Below are positions 9,204 through 18,764 of a stretch of 64,000 nucleotides of DNA, one piece after another. The position numbers and the translations under genes were made by a program. Source of the DNA: a virus. The stretch lies in IMG/VR virus record IMGVR_UViG_3300019752_000001; one strand, given 5' to 3'. Numbering within the stretch: position 1 is the first letter of the stretch; the number at the start of each line of letters is the position of its first letter. Below the pieces are notes generated by a model. It did no database searches and was not told the DNA's origin. It worked only from the letters and a program-made list of their open reading frames with translations.

Positions 9204-9617
9204 TTAATCTCCTTGTGCAGGTACTAGTAAGAAGCAGTTTGCAGCTGCCTCTAAACCATCTTCTTTGTTTAGGAACTCTATAACAATATCTTCACCTTTA
9301 CTAAGGTATTTACTAACTTGTCCTATGCACCCATACCCTTCACCCTCTGGCCACTCCATATCAATACCATTATCCTGTATAATCTGTCCCATATCATCCC
9401 AGCAGTAAGCAGAGAACTGTGACCAAACTGTATCTTGTTCACCCTCCTCATTCTTCCCAGCAATCCAGCAAAGGTTTGGGTAGTTCTTGTGAAACCTCTC
9501 AGTGAAGCCGAAGTTATCCTGTATCTCCTTCTGAACCAAAAATCCTAACTTTTCAGCTACTGCACAGGATAACTCAAAACCTTGAAGCAAATTTTCTTTA
9601 GTGTAATACTTTGTCAT
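9204..9617 (-). CDS. NinX/DUF2591-like phage protein
   Basis: ELSCAVAEKLG...CWDDMGQII, similar layout to 8100-8486. Confidence 0.45.
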   Translation of the reverse strand: MTKYYTKENLLQGFELSCAVAEKLGFLVQKEIQDNFGFTERFHKNYPNLCWIAGKNEEGEQDTVWSQFSAYCWDDMGQIIQDNGIDMEWPEGEGYGCIGQVSKYLSKGEDIVIEFLNKEDGLEAAANCFLLVPAQGD

Positions 9618-10000
9618 CGTCCAGCTCCTTCACAGAATTCTTTCTCAAAATCTTCATCAGACATAAGTTTCAGTTGTTCTACTAAGTACAGACAAAACCG
9701 TTTACGAGATGCTCCGTACTCACTTTCCCAGTACTTCCCTTTTGAAAAGTAGAAACCTTGTTCAGCTCCATATTCAGGGTAAGGTACTGGAAAGTCTATA
9801 TCCCCGCTCCACTCCTCCCAACCTGAACAGAAAAAATCCGGTATCTGCCCAATATCTCCCCTGAATTCCTTCCAGAGAGCATAACAGATACCTCCATAAG
9901 CAGGCTTAGTACTCCCATCAGCCAACCCACCAAGAAACTCTATAACTTCCTGTTTAGGTGTAGCCTTATTATTCATCTCACTGTCCCTATTATGGCTCAT
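9614..10000 (-). CDS. GIC/PVPxP/EYG paralog family, copy 1
   Basis: GIC...WEEWSG..FPVPYP...WESEYGASRKRFCLYL. Confidence 0.75.
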   Translation of the reverse strand: MSHNRDSEMNNKATPKQEVIEFLGGLADGSTKPAYGGICYALWKEFRGDIGQIPDFFCSGWEEWSGDIDFPVPYPEYGAEQGFYFSKGKYWESEYGASRKRFCLYLVEQLKLMSDEDFEKEFCEGAGR

Positions 10001-10001
10001 A

Positions 10002-10415
10002 TCATTCTCCTAAGATAAGGTTGTTAAAGGCTGCAATTGTCCAATGTGGTTTCTTAATCCGTGCGTTAGCAAATTGTTTAGCTAACCAGAGACATAAGCA
10101 CTTACGAGAGTTTCCGTATTCTCCTGTCCACTTATTTTCAGTGTGTCGGAAGATCACATAAGCCGCATACCTGCCTTCTATGTTAGGGTCAGGTACAGGG
10201 TGTGATAGGCTTCCTGTATATTCAGGCCATAAGGGCATCAACTGCCATGTAAGATTTCTGAGGTAGTAAGGAAGACGTAGTCCTTCAAGATTACCACAGA
10301 TACCAGTATCCTTGTTAGGTGCATCAGTTGCTAAGCTGGTAAATATATCTGACATCTTCTCTCTCCACGCAAAGTATGAAGCATCCAGCGTCAGGTAGGA
10401 ATAGAAAGTGTTCAT
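10002..10415 (-). CDS. GIC/PVPxP/EYG paralog family, copy 2
   Basis: GIC...WPEYTG..HPVPDP...WTGEYGNSRKCLCLWL; start moved to MNTFY. Confidence 0.75.
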   Translation of the reverse strand: MNTFYSYLTLDASYFAWREKMSDIFTSLATDAPNKDTGICGNLEGLRLPYYLRNLTWQLMPLWPEYTGSLSHPVPDPNIEGRYAAYVIFRHTENKWTGEYGNSRKCLCLWLAKQFANARIKKPHWTIAAFNNLILGE

Positions 10416-11347
10416 TGTGCATTCTCCTTCTGCTTGCAACCAGAACTCTTCCGAGCTTTGTCAGGGTTGTTTTCCATCCACTGCTGCACAAAATGTAACT
10501 GACCGCAACCTCCACCAATATCATCCTGCCCAGCAGGGTCAAAAACTCTTACACCGTAACCGTAGTTAAGTAGTTTCTCAGAGAAAGAAGTAGCCATCTT
10601 CCAAGCTTCTGTGTCACGACCTTTTGTAATATCCTTCTCACAAATTACAGAGACAGTAGCCTGCCATGTTTCTGGCTTGAACACCTCAGATAACCGCTGA
10701 GCATCCTCCTCTGTATCATTTCCGATATGTGTGCAATAGTTGAAGAAAGGAGACCGACCCGTTGCTGCATAAAACTCTTCACCCTTTTGGGCAATACCTT
10801 GTAAGTCTAGCTTAGCCTTGAATGGAATAAGTTTACTACGTTCCTCATCCAAGCTCTCATGTACACTGAATTGTAACCCAATGTTAGGGATACGAGAAGC
10901 TTGCTCAAACAACCACTGATAATCAACATCAGGTCCAGAAGTACTGACAAGGAGGGCTGCAGCAGGGTAACGAGAAGCCAACTCTTCCAAAACCTGTTCC
11001 ATGGTATTAGGTGTAAGCATTGGTTCGCCCATGGACATGAACATGATCTGGAGTTTATCAATTTTGTGAGGATCTTGTCCTGTCATAGACAAAGAATACT
11101 CAACCTGTTCTAACACCTCATTAACTGTAAGGTTACGTACAAAGTATTTCCCTGTTCCACAGAATGTGCAACCTACAGGACAACCACTCTGCACAGAACA
11201 ACAGATAACTGTACGTGTAAGGTAATCCGGGTAGGCGTATAGTACACTTTCAACAACAGCGTCATCTTTGGTGAATACAAACTTCTTAACTGATGTTTCT
11301 TCAGAGTTGAACTGTTCGATATTTGGCCAGTTTTTAGTAGAGGTCAT
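10412..11347 (-). CDS. RlmN/Cfr-family radical SAM RNA methyltransferase
   Basis: CCSVQSGCPVGCTFC (CxxxCxxC), MSMGEP, FSVH, DIGGGCGQL with the catalytic-position Cys. Confidence 0.88.
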   Translation of the reverse strand: MTSTKNWPNIEQFNSEETSVKKFVFTKDDAVVESVLYAYPDYLTRTVICCSVQSGCPVGCTFCGTGKYFVRNLTVNEVLEQVEYSLSMTGQDPHKIDKLQIMFMSMGEPMLTPNTMEQVLEELASRYPAAALLVSTSGPDVDYQWLFEQASRIPNIGLQFSVHESLDEERSKLIPFKAKLDLQGIAQKGEEFYAATGRSPFFNYCTHIGNDTEEDAQRLSEVFKPETWQATVSVICEKDITKGRDTEAWKMATSFSEKLLNYGYGVRVFDPAGQDDIGGGCGQLHFVQQWMENNPDKARKSSGCKQKENAQ

Positions 11348-11568
11348 TGTGCATTCTCCTGGATAGTTGAGTTTATAAGCTTTTTGATTGTGTGTAAGTT
11401 TTTAATCCTCTCGTCACCTGTACAGCAAAGTAATTCCTCTCCTTCTTGCAGCATTTTTTCTGCATACTCCAAGGCATCTGCGGCAGTTGGAGGGCAGTAT
11501 GCATAAATCTCACCTTCACTTAATAAGCACCATCTTAACTCTGCTGATCCAGTATCGATAATATTCAT
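11344..11568 (-). CDS. hypothetical protein
   Basis: ORF track; ATGA-coupled. Confidence 0.7.
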   Translation of the reverse strand: MNIIDTGSAELRWCLLSEGEIYAYCPPTAADALEYAEKMLQEGEELLCCTGDERIKNLHTIKKLINSTIQENAQ

Positions 11569-11786
11569 TGTACATTCTCCTTAACAGTTTCGTCATAACC
11601 ATGAAAACTTGTGTATGCAATGATAGGTTCTTGGTCATAGTGGAAATGCCCACCTACAACTATAAATTTACCATTAGGTTGAACACTAACATCTGCAACA
11701 TGATAAGGGAAGTGCTTAGATGCAATCTTAACCAACCAAGTACCCTCAGGTAGATCTTTGTAGTTGTCAATTTCTTTCCAGTTCAT
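11565..11786 (-). CDS. hypothetical protein
   Basis: ORF track; ATGA-coupled. Confidence 0.7.
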   Translation of the reverse strand: MNWKEIDNYKDLPEGTWLVKIASKHFPYHVADVSVQPNGKFIVVGGHFHYDQEPIIAYTSFHGYDETVKENVQ

Positions 11787-12304
11787 TGTGTAGCTCCTTG
11801 TAAGGTTATTAGTTCTTCAATAGTGACTGGACGATAGTTCACTTGTTCACAGCATACTGACAAATACCGCTCATCGTCAACAGGTTTGTGATGTGTATGC
11901 CCGTAGATATTTTTAGCACCTCTCAACTCACAAGGGTGAATTGGACAGTGACTTAACCAAAACCCCTTATACTTAACTAAAGAGTGAATCTTAGCTGTCT
12001 GAGCCATGATACGTAGGTTTTGTTGCCTAACAGGTCTGTCTGTACAGTGATTACCTAGCACAACTTGAATATTCTTACAAGCCTTACTATAAGCCTCCCA
12101 ATATTTCATACTATCTTCTGTAAAGAATAGATCTCCAAGCAACCACAAAGTGTCTCTCTTGCCAACACCACTAAGAATTCTGTCTGACAAGATTTCATCG
12201 TGTTCCTCTACCGAGGTTATTTCTTGTCCAGCAATGTGTGTACGAAACTTACAGATGTTTGTGTGGCCATGGTGGAGGTCTGAGATGAACTTAACTTGAC
12301 TCAT
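11783..12304 (-). CDS. calcineurin-like metallophosphoesterase
   Basis: SDLH, LGD, GNH, SH, GHTH motifs. Confidence 0.88.
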   Translation of the reverse strand: MSQVKFISDLHHGHTNICKFRTHIAGQEITSVEEHDEILSDRILSGVGKRDTLWLLGDLFFTEDSMKYWEAYSKACKNIQVVLGNHCTDRPVRQQNLRIMAQTAKIHSLVKYKGFWLSHCPIHPCELRGAKNIYGHTHHKPVDDERYLSVCCEQVNYRPVTIEELITLQGATQ

Positions 12305-12506
12305 ATTTATAACCTATCTCATTTACTCGTTCAATTTTACAGAGTTCAACACACAAACCATTATCACAAAGGACATATGTGTCATCTACATCAACCACTG
12401 TGCCGAAAGATTTAGTGTTAGGTACTATATCACTACTGTCGAACCTTATGAAGTCACCTACCAAAGGAGCTGGGCTTGTACGGAATCCCTGGAGAGTCAT
12501 AAACAA
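12291..12506 (-). CDS. hypothetical protein
   Basis: ORF track. Confidence 0.6.
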   Translation of the reverse strand: MFMTLQGFRTSPAPLVGDFIRFDSSDIVPNTKSFGTVVDVDDTYVLCDNGLCVELCKIERVNEIGYKYESS

Positions 12507-12838
12507 TACTCCTCAAATTCCTCATCAGTCATCTTCTCAAGCACTTCTGCTAAGTACAGGCACAGACGCTTGCGAGATGCTCCATACTCACCTTCCCAGA
12601 GGTCATATATGTCAGTATAAGCTTGTTCTGCTCCACAAGGACTAGGTACAGGATACTCTGTATTTCCTGAGAACTCTTTCCACTCTGAACAATAAGATAC
12701 TACAAAGCGAGAACTAATTTTACAACATAAGAATAGATTTCGACAAATACCTTGGTAACACTTAACTCCAACAGTCCCCTCAGCCAGACCACGAAGATGT
12801 TCTATAGTGTTTTGTTTACGTTCTGTAATATTCATCAT
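12497..12838 (-). CDS. GIC/PVPxP/EYG paralog family, copy 3
   Basis: GIC...WKEFSG..YPVPSP...WEGEYGASRKRLCLYL. Confidence 0.75.
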   Translation of the reverse strand: MMNITERKQNTIEHLRGLAEGTVGVKCYQGICRNLFLCCKISSRFVVSYCSEWKEFSGNTEYPVPSPCGAEQAYTDIYDLWEGEYGASRKRLCLYLAEVLEKMTDEEFEEYCL

Positions 12839-13065
12839 TAAGCCTCTACAAAGGTTTCATAAAATTTACTCAATACTACACTATCATCCAGCTCATTGTA
12901 GAAATCCATGTACGTGCCTACATAAATTTCCGTAAACTCTGCGGGAAGTTCGTCCCACAAAGCCTGACCGAAACGAAGACCTGGTGAGCTTTCCTGTTCA
13001 GAACGTACACGATTGATAAGAGTTTGAGCATCTGTATATGAAAGTTTCTGGTAGGTAGTCATCAT
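12838..13065 (-). CDS. hypothetical protein
   Basis: ORF track; LRFGQA...DFY pattern. Confidence 0.65.
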   Translation of the reverse strand: MMTTYQKLSYTDAQTLINRVRSEQESSPGLRFGQALWDELPAEFTEIYVGTYMDFYNELDDSVVLSKFYETFVEA

Positions 13066-13376
13066 AGGGTCTCCAACAAGGTTACAATTAAAGATACAGC
13101 TTTACTCATCTCATCTTCCGAAACAATAAAGATAGTGTAGCAGAAACTTTTATCGGTATCTACAATGGTGCAACCTTCACTCAATAAGGTGTCAACATGT
13201 TTTTGGAAACTGTACCAATACTGTGTGTTAGGGAAGTTTATCTCCAAATTTACCAGCCCTTCATCTGCTGTCATAACAATCAAGTTAAAATCTTTACCCA
13301 GGTTGTAGGTAATCTCTTGACAACCAGGCAGTTTGTTAATGTCTAAAAGATCCTGTTCGTTGTCTACCATATTCAT
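13062..13376 (-). CDS. hypothetical protein
   Basis: ORF track; GAGG RBS; promoter. Confidence 0.7.
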   Translation of the reverse strand: MNMVDNEQDLLDINKLPGCQEITYNLGKDFNLIVMTADEGLVNLEINFPNTQYWYSFQKHVDTLLSEGCTIVDTDKSFCYTIFIVSEDEMSKAVSLIVTLLETL

Positions 13377-13420
13377 TGTGTAGTCCTCTACAATGTTGTG
13401 TTTCTTAGTTGATGTTGAGA

Positions 13421-13449
13421 AGTGTAGGTGAAGGGGATTGTCTTGTCAA
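13421..13449 (-). promoter_or_regulatory. sigma70-like promoter
   Basis: TTGACA-N17-TACACT. Confidence 0.6.
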
Positions 13450-13557
13450 TAACCTTAGAGACAAATACCTTAGTATTTCCTGTATAGCTCTGTGGCCTTG
13501 TGAGAACCTCTGTAAGGAGTTTTAATAACTCCCTATATAATCACATTACTAGAACGC

Positions 13558-13604
13558 AAAAAGACTCCACAGCCCTGTTTAGGAAGGCTGTGGAGTCTTT
13601 GTTT
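13558..13604. terminator. bidirectional terminator
   Basis: AAAGACTCCACAGCC/GGCTGTGGAGTCTTT stem flanked by A and T tracts. Confidence 0.75.
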
Positions 13605-13657
13605 TAGTGGTTGTCGTCTAACCAACGTTTAGATCATTTACATTTATGTACCTGTTC

Positions 13658-14146
13658 TCACATACGTCCTGTCAGAAAATACTTCAGTCGCTTACCAAAT
13701 CCTGCTGAAGCAATTTCTAAGTAGGTTTTATCTACCGTATCCTTCTCAGCACAAATGTCCTCTCGCAATTCATTGATAACCTTCTGCTGTTCATCTACCT
13801 GTGCAGTAAGTCCATCGATTACAGTGTTACGCTCAGCGAGACGCAGGTCTGTGTGTGAGGCTGAGTATTCATGAGCTGAAATAAGACTCTTAAGGTTATC
13901 TAAGTAGAAGTTTACACCTCCTAACATCTGATCAACCTCTTCTGTAAAGGCTACGCACTTAGATTCCTCCTCTCCTTGAATATCCACACCGTACACTGCT
14001 TCAGGTTCACCACCTCGGAACAGTTTCCAACTCATAGCATCACCTCGTGGGATATCCACTACTTGCGTAGTGATACCTGTGACAATAGTCATTTCTGTTG
14101 TGTTGTTAGTATTAGTCTTAATAGTCATCTTCTCATCCTCTCTCAT
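13658..14146 (-). CDS. hypothetical coiled-coil protein
   Basis: ORF track. Confidence 0.7.
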   Translation of the reverse strand: MREDEKMTIKTNTNNTTEMTIVTGITTQVVDIPRGDAMSWKLFRGGEPEAVYGVDIQGEEESKCVAFTEEVDQMLGGVNFYLDNLKSLISAHEYSASHTDLRLAERNTVIDGLTAQVDEQQKVINELREDICAEKDTVDKTYLEIASAGFGKRLKYFLTGRM

Positions 14147-14427
14147 TAAAATGTATGTACAATATCAACCCAGTGTGCTTGAGTTCCGTCATTGTACAGG
14201 ATACAAATCTGTTTACTTGTTTGTCCAATCTTGTTCATTAGAAACGGAACATGATAGTTTGTCAATGGAAATGACATACGAAACTCAGGAGGTAGATGAT
14301 TCACATGTAAACGTCTCACCTCAATGTGTTTGTCAGCTGCTCTGATGATTAGTTGTTTCTCAAACTCTTCTGTCAAGGAGAGCATCGCTTTGCTCTGCTT
14401 GATAGGTTCTCTTATGAAGTTGTCCAC
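14146..14427 (-). CDS. hypothetical protein
   Basis: ORF track. Confidence 0.6.
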   Translation of the reverse strand: MDNFIREPIKQSKAMLSLTEEFEKQLIIRAADKHIEVRRLHVNHLPPEFRMSFPLTNYHVPFLMNKIGQTSKQICILYNDGTQAHWVDIVHTF

Positions 14428-14440
14428 ACTTTACCTTTTA

Positions 14441-14788
14441 TCATTTCACTGCCTCATACACAAAGATAGTTTTCTCTACTTCCTGTACTTGGAAGCAATC
14501 CCCTTCAGACCAATCTGTACCCTCCCAACTACTGTAGAAAGCCGTGTGCATCCAGTACTCTTCACAGCCTAACTTTTTATCTTTAATTAGAAGTACAACG
14601 TGGTAGTTCTCTCCTTCCCCTTCCCCACCTTCCTGCTCCGCACTGCATATAGTGTACTTTCCATCCTCTGTTTCGTAGGAAGAGGTACACTCTAGTTCTG
14701 AAAACATACTACCAAGTTCTTCCTCAAAACCTGCGGAGATAGCAACATCGTTAATATCAATAACACTGTCAGTGTTTTTAGTAGTCAT
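14441..14788 (-). CDS. hypothetical acidic protein
   Basis: ORF track; EQEGGEGEG...YSSWEG. Confidence 0.7.
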   Translation of the reverse strand: MTTKNTDSVIDINDVAISAGFEEELGSMFSELECTSSYETEDGKYTICSAEQEGGEGEGENYHVVLLIKDKKLGCEEYWMHTAFYSSWEGTDWSEGDCFQVQEVEKTIFVYEAVK

Positions 14789-15558
14789 AGTAATTCCTTT
14801 ATCTTAGTTATGAAATGTTTATCTAAATCTTTTCTCTTCTTCATTACAGTTACAGCGTTCTCTATTACATAAGTGTTCCACCACCCTTTTGACAAAGAAG
14901 TTATTAACAAGTCTAAAGCCTTACTCTTAGCTACTGACAGCGGTAATTGTTTTTGTTTGTCCACAAACACCCATCGTTCAGCAGCTATAACATACAACTC
15001 TTCAAACACTGTTAGAAGTTTTTCCTCTTGAGACAAACCGCAGAACAACACCTCACTACAAATAGGTTTATCTTTATCCTGTCTGATAAGATTGTGTACA
15101 GGTTCTTCTCTAAAAGCTAGAAGTTTGTGCAGCTCGTCATGATCAAACCTCCTAGTAATTACATCTTTAAAGAAAGTTTGATTATTCTTATCAGAGAACG
15201 ATGCGCACTTTTTCCCAAACTTCCTTTCCCACAGAGACGTTAATATACTGTGAAGGTGTTTATCCAACCTAGCTCCGCACCTTTTCATAATATCAATATC
15301 TTTTAGGTGTTGTATCCATTTCCCATTCTTACCTTTCCAAGGGCAATGAGAAACCTTAATTGTATAAAGATAGTCCAGGTCTACGTACAGAGGGTGGTTA
15401 TTATTATCTACGACATATTGAAATGCCTCATCCCAATGTACATCTACACCAAGTTGCTTTTCTGTTGTACTTGACAGGACATCTAAATCAGAAGGAACAC
15501 GACCTAGCGTACCTCTTCCAACCCAATAATCAAGAGCTGTTGATCCAAAGATTAACAT
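14785..15558 (-). CDS. putative nucleotidyltransferase-fold protein
   Basis: N-term hGS...DLD motif (IFGSTAL...PSDLDV). Confidence 0.6.
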   Translation of the reverse strand: MLIFGSTALDYWVGRGTLGRVPSDLDVLSSTTEKQLGVDVHWDEAFQYVVDNNNHPLYVDLDYLYTIKVSHCPWKGKNGKWIQHLKDIDIMKRCGARLDKHLHSILTSLWERKFGKKCASFSDKNNQTFFKDVITRRFDHDELHKLLAFREEPVHNLIRQDKDKPICSEVLFCGLSQEEKLLTVFEELYVIAAERWVFVDKQKQLPLSVAKSKALDLLITSLSKGWWNTYVIENAVTVMKKRKDLDKHFITKIKELL

Positions 15559-15586
15559 AAGCTTTTTTAATTTCCTACTTTACCTT

Positions 15587-16582
15587 TTATAGGGTTCCTA
15601 CTCCAGTTGCTGCCTGCTCCATACGCTGCTTCTCAGCCTTATCAAGAACAGCTTTCTCAGCCCAATATTCAGGGTTATTGACCTTCTTACTAGGCTTCTT
15701 AGGGCCTTGTGGAGGCGTCTGTACAGCAGGCTTCTTAAGTCCACCTGCAATAGTAAGTTTATAACTGTCATCGAAAGGAACACTAACAACTTCACCATTA
15801 ACCTTATACAGGATAATCCCAGCAAGATGTTTTACAGGAACATTTACAACATTTGTACTGTTTACTGAGAATGTGTCTGTATTAGTGGTTGGTGATTGCA
15901 CATACTCAACATAGCGATTATCAACCTGATCATCACCTCCACCTTCTACGCTTCCCTGAACACCGTTCCAAGTAGTGATCTGAGTAGCTGTGAAGGTTGA
16001 AGCTTCCTCCCCTTTATCATCGCCCTCCTCAGCCTTGTAGATGAATGTTACTTTGTGTACCAGAGTTGCTGGGCAATGAACGAGAGGCTTCATCAAGGAT
16101 TCCTTCTTATTTTTGGTAGAGGTGTTATTCCTACCTTTCATCGAACTCTTACCCCGGAGTGTCCCTTGTTCAGCTTCATTCTTAGCCAGGAGGAAGGCAA
16201 CTGGGTGTATTGTTAGAAGATGCTTAACATTTACATAATGCCAATCATTTCCCTCAGAATTTAAAACAGCGATCTCATTATCCCTGTCAACCCCACGATC
16301 ACTGGTACTCCGAATGCTACCTTCTACGAAAATACTAGGGTGTTCCTCTTCTCCAACCAAGAACTTATTAAATGTCTTAGCGTCAGAAGCAAACACATAA
16401 ACCTTATCACCTCGCTCCCAACCTAACTGTTTGTTATAGTGCTTTCCTTCCACCAATTGCTCAGTGAATGAGAATCCAATCTGACCTGCTGCAGCCTTAC
16501 GTTCCTCCTTAGAGTAATTATCAAGGATTGACAAATCTTCTACGTAGTTCTCTGCGAAGTTTTTCTCATTAAATGTGGTCAT
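15587..16582 (-). CDS. hypothetical protein
   Basis: ORF track; start moved to MTTFNE after AGGAG. Confidence 0.75.
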   Translation of the reverse strand: MTTFNEKNFAENYVEDLSILDNYSKEERKAAAGQIGFSFTEQLVEGKHYNKQLGWERGDKVYVFASDAKTFNKFLVGEEEHPSIFVEGSIRSTSDRGVDRDNEIAVLNSEGNDWHYVNVKHLLTIHPVAFLLAKNEAEQGTLRGKSSMKGRNNTSTKNKKESLMKPLVHCPATLVHKVTFIYKAEEGDDKGEEASTFTATQITTWNGVQGSVEGGGDDQVDNRYVEYVQSPTTNTDTFSVNSTNVVNVPVKHLAGIILYKVNGEVVSVPFDDSYKLTIAGGLKKPAVQTPPQGPKKPSKKVNNPEYWAEKAVLDKAEKQRMEQAATGVGTL

Positions 16583-16642
16583 TGTGTTCTCCTGTTGTAT
16601 AGTTTGTTGAGGTTTGTTAAGTTTTGTTGAGTCGATGAAGAG

Positions 16643-16671
16643 AGAATAATACACCCACTTCTCTCTGTCAA
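16643..16671 (-). promoter_or_regulatory. sigma70-like promoter
   Basis: TTGACA-N17-TATTCT. Confidence 0.6.
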
Positions 16672-16681
16672 CGTTTATTTC

Positions 16682-18049
16682 TCAGGCATTCAAAGCTTTC
16701 TCTTTCATCATATTGTAAAACTCCATGACATCTTCATCAATGACAATATCCTCTCTCCGTATCTTCCTGACAAGGTGAAGGTTCTCTACATTGGTCAGAC
16801 GAGAGAGTGCTACATAGGCTTGCCCTGCTGCAAAACATTTCCAACCTAAGTCAATAACAGCTCCATCTCGTATGGTGCTTCCCTGTACACGATGAACTGT
16901 CAATGCATCAGCCTGCAACACAGGAAATTGTGTCCAGCTCCCTACTACAACCTGATCAACTCTGTTACGTGCAGGGGTATCATCTGTGGCTGCTACAGCT
17001 GTTGTTACATAGTCTCGCTTCTCCCACTTAAATGGCTCAATCAGCACCTCCTCTCCTGTTGAGGCAAGCTTCACAACAATCTCAGTTACAGATAGATATG
17101 TAATCACTCCTGTAGATCCATTGTTGTATTGTCCGTTTACATCATTGGCTGTCAACAACACATTCAAACCTACCTTCAAGGCTAAGGTTTTAGGTGCTGG
17201 TTCCTCAGTCTTCTTGAATGTCCCCTTCACAACAGCTGGGTAGATGTGTTCCTCACTCCGATTCAAACTGTAATGCTTAGCGTTCTCAGCCTCAACCTTT
17301 GCATTAGTTGTGACAATTTTCAATGTATTTGTTGGAGGTCGAGTTGTGTAACAGTTTTGATTGAACCATGGAATAGCTATATCTAGTTCATGTCCGAAAC
17401 GAATACGTTCAAGGTTTTCTTTGAACACAGGATCAGAAGTACGCTCTACTTTATGGAGAATGATATAGTCAAAGTTTAGTTCATCCCACACATCACAATG
17501 GAAAGGGTATTTCCCTCCAAAGTGATCCATTACAAGTGTATGTTCTTTAGTCTTGGGTTGAAGGACAGGTTCAAGCTGGAACACATCTCCCATAACAACT
17601 ACTTGTAACCCCCCAAAAGGTAGGTTATTATTTTTAAGTTTACGTAGCTTCTGATCAATAGCCCAAAAACTATCTACTCTGTTCATGAATATTTCATCAA
17701 TGTAGACAGTTTTTATAACGTTTCCGCTGAACAGTTTCTTAGTTTTAGGGGATACCTTAGCCAACCCTTTCTCTGTAGGATACCCAATAGGGATACCAAA
17801 CACAGAATGACATGTAGAACCTCCAATATTGATAGCAGCCTTACCAGTAGGAGCTACGAAGATGGCACTGTCAGCTTGCAACAGTTTCATGTGATTGAGT
17901 AGCCAACTCTTACCACAACCTCCTGATCCAGATATGCAGACATTACTTCCAGATAGGATAGCATCACGGGCAGCTGCTTGTCCTTCGTTAAGAGGGAACT
18001 GCTTATCGGCTTCTTGTGTAACGGGGTTTACAGGTGTAAATAGTTTCAA
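16682..18049 (-). CDS. PIF1-family SF1B DNA helicase
   Basis: GSGGCGKS, APTGKAA, DE, GDVFQLEP, TVHRVQG, GQAYVALSR. Confidence 0.92.
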   Translation of the reverse strand: MKLFTPVNPVTQEADKQFPLNEGQAAARDAILSGSNVCISGSGGCGKSWLLNHMKLLQADSAIFVAPTGKAAINIGGSTCHSVFGIPIGYPTEKGLAKVSPKTKKLFSGNVIKTVYIDEIFMNRVDSFWAIDQKLRKLKNNNLPFGGLQVVVMGDVFQLEPVLQPKTKEHTLVMDHFGGKYPFHCDVWDELNFDYIILHKVERTSDPVFKENLERIRFGHELDIAIPWFNQNCYTTRPPTNTLKIVTTNAKVEAENAKHYSLNRSEEHIYPAVVKGTFKKTEEPAPKTLALKVGLNVLLTANDVNGQYNNGSTGVITYLSVTEIVVKLASTGEEVLIEPFKWEKRDYVTTAVAATDDTPARNRVDQVVVGSWTQFPVLQADALTVHRVQGSTIRDGAVIDLGWKCFAAGQAYVALSRLTNVENLHLVRKIRREDIVIDEDVMEFYNMMKEKALNA

Positions 18050-18576
18050 TTATGCAAGCCCTCTAAAGTTTTATTAAGCTCTGCTTCAGTCAGAACATAC
18101 ACAATCACCTTCCAACCTTTATCACACAGCTCCTCTTCAATAATCTTTGACACAACTCGCCAGTCTCCTCCAGCCAATCCACAACCTATAAGAGGAAGGC
18201 CAATCTTAATATCCTCTCTTTCTCTGAATACATCAAGACATTGTTGCATACCTTTAAAGGAACTACGTAGGGCTGTGTAGTCTGTATCTAGTTCACCACG
18301 TTGACGACCATTCCAATGATACTGTCCGTATAGTCCAAAGACTGCAGGGTTATTGTGCGGAATAATGTCTGCAACAATAAACGTACCAAGCTTCTCTTTA
18401 TCACCCCTCTCTGTGTCATCATCAGCTTCACCCATTAAAGGAAAAGCCTTATCAATAAGAGGAGCAATCCCACTTTTACGTGTACAGAAACAGTTGAGCT
18501 GTTGAGCAATAACATCTACCTCACCAACCTTTGCAGCTTCTATTAAGTCACCTACTTTGTATTCTATCTTTGTCAT
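18046..18576 (-). CDS. macrodomain (ADP-ribose binding/hydrolase) protein
   Basis: GDL, NCFC...GIA, LPLIGCGLAGGDW. Confidence 0.88.
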   Translation of the reverse strand: MTKIEYKVGDLIEAAKVGEVDVIAQQLNCFCTRKSGIAPLIDKAFPLMGEADDDTERGDKEKLGTFIVADIIPHNNPAVFGLYGQYHWNGRQRGELDTDYTALRSSFKGMQQCLDVFREREDIKIGLPLIGCGLAGGDWRVVSKIIEEELCDKGWKVIVYVLTEAELNKTLEGLHN

Positions 18577-18764
18577 TAGTTGTTCCTCTTGATTAATAGT
18601 GTGCAGTCCTATCAGCAGCCTGTCTATCCTCGTGCATACAGCGTTTTATCTCTTCAGTCATACAATCACACCACTTAATAGAAAGCCTATCACAGAGCCT
18701 TACAGACGCTGTGAGAGGCTATACTGTTTATCTTATCTCAAATAACTATTACATCACACAAGAT

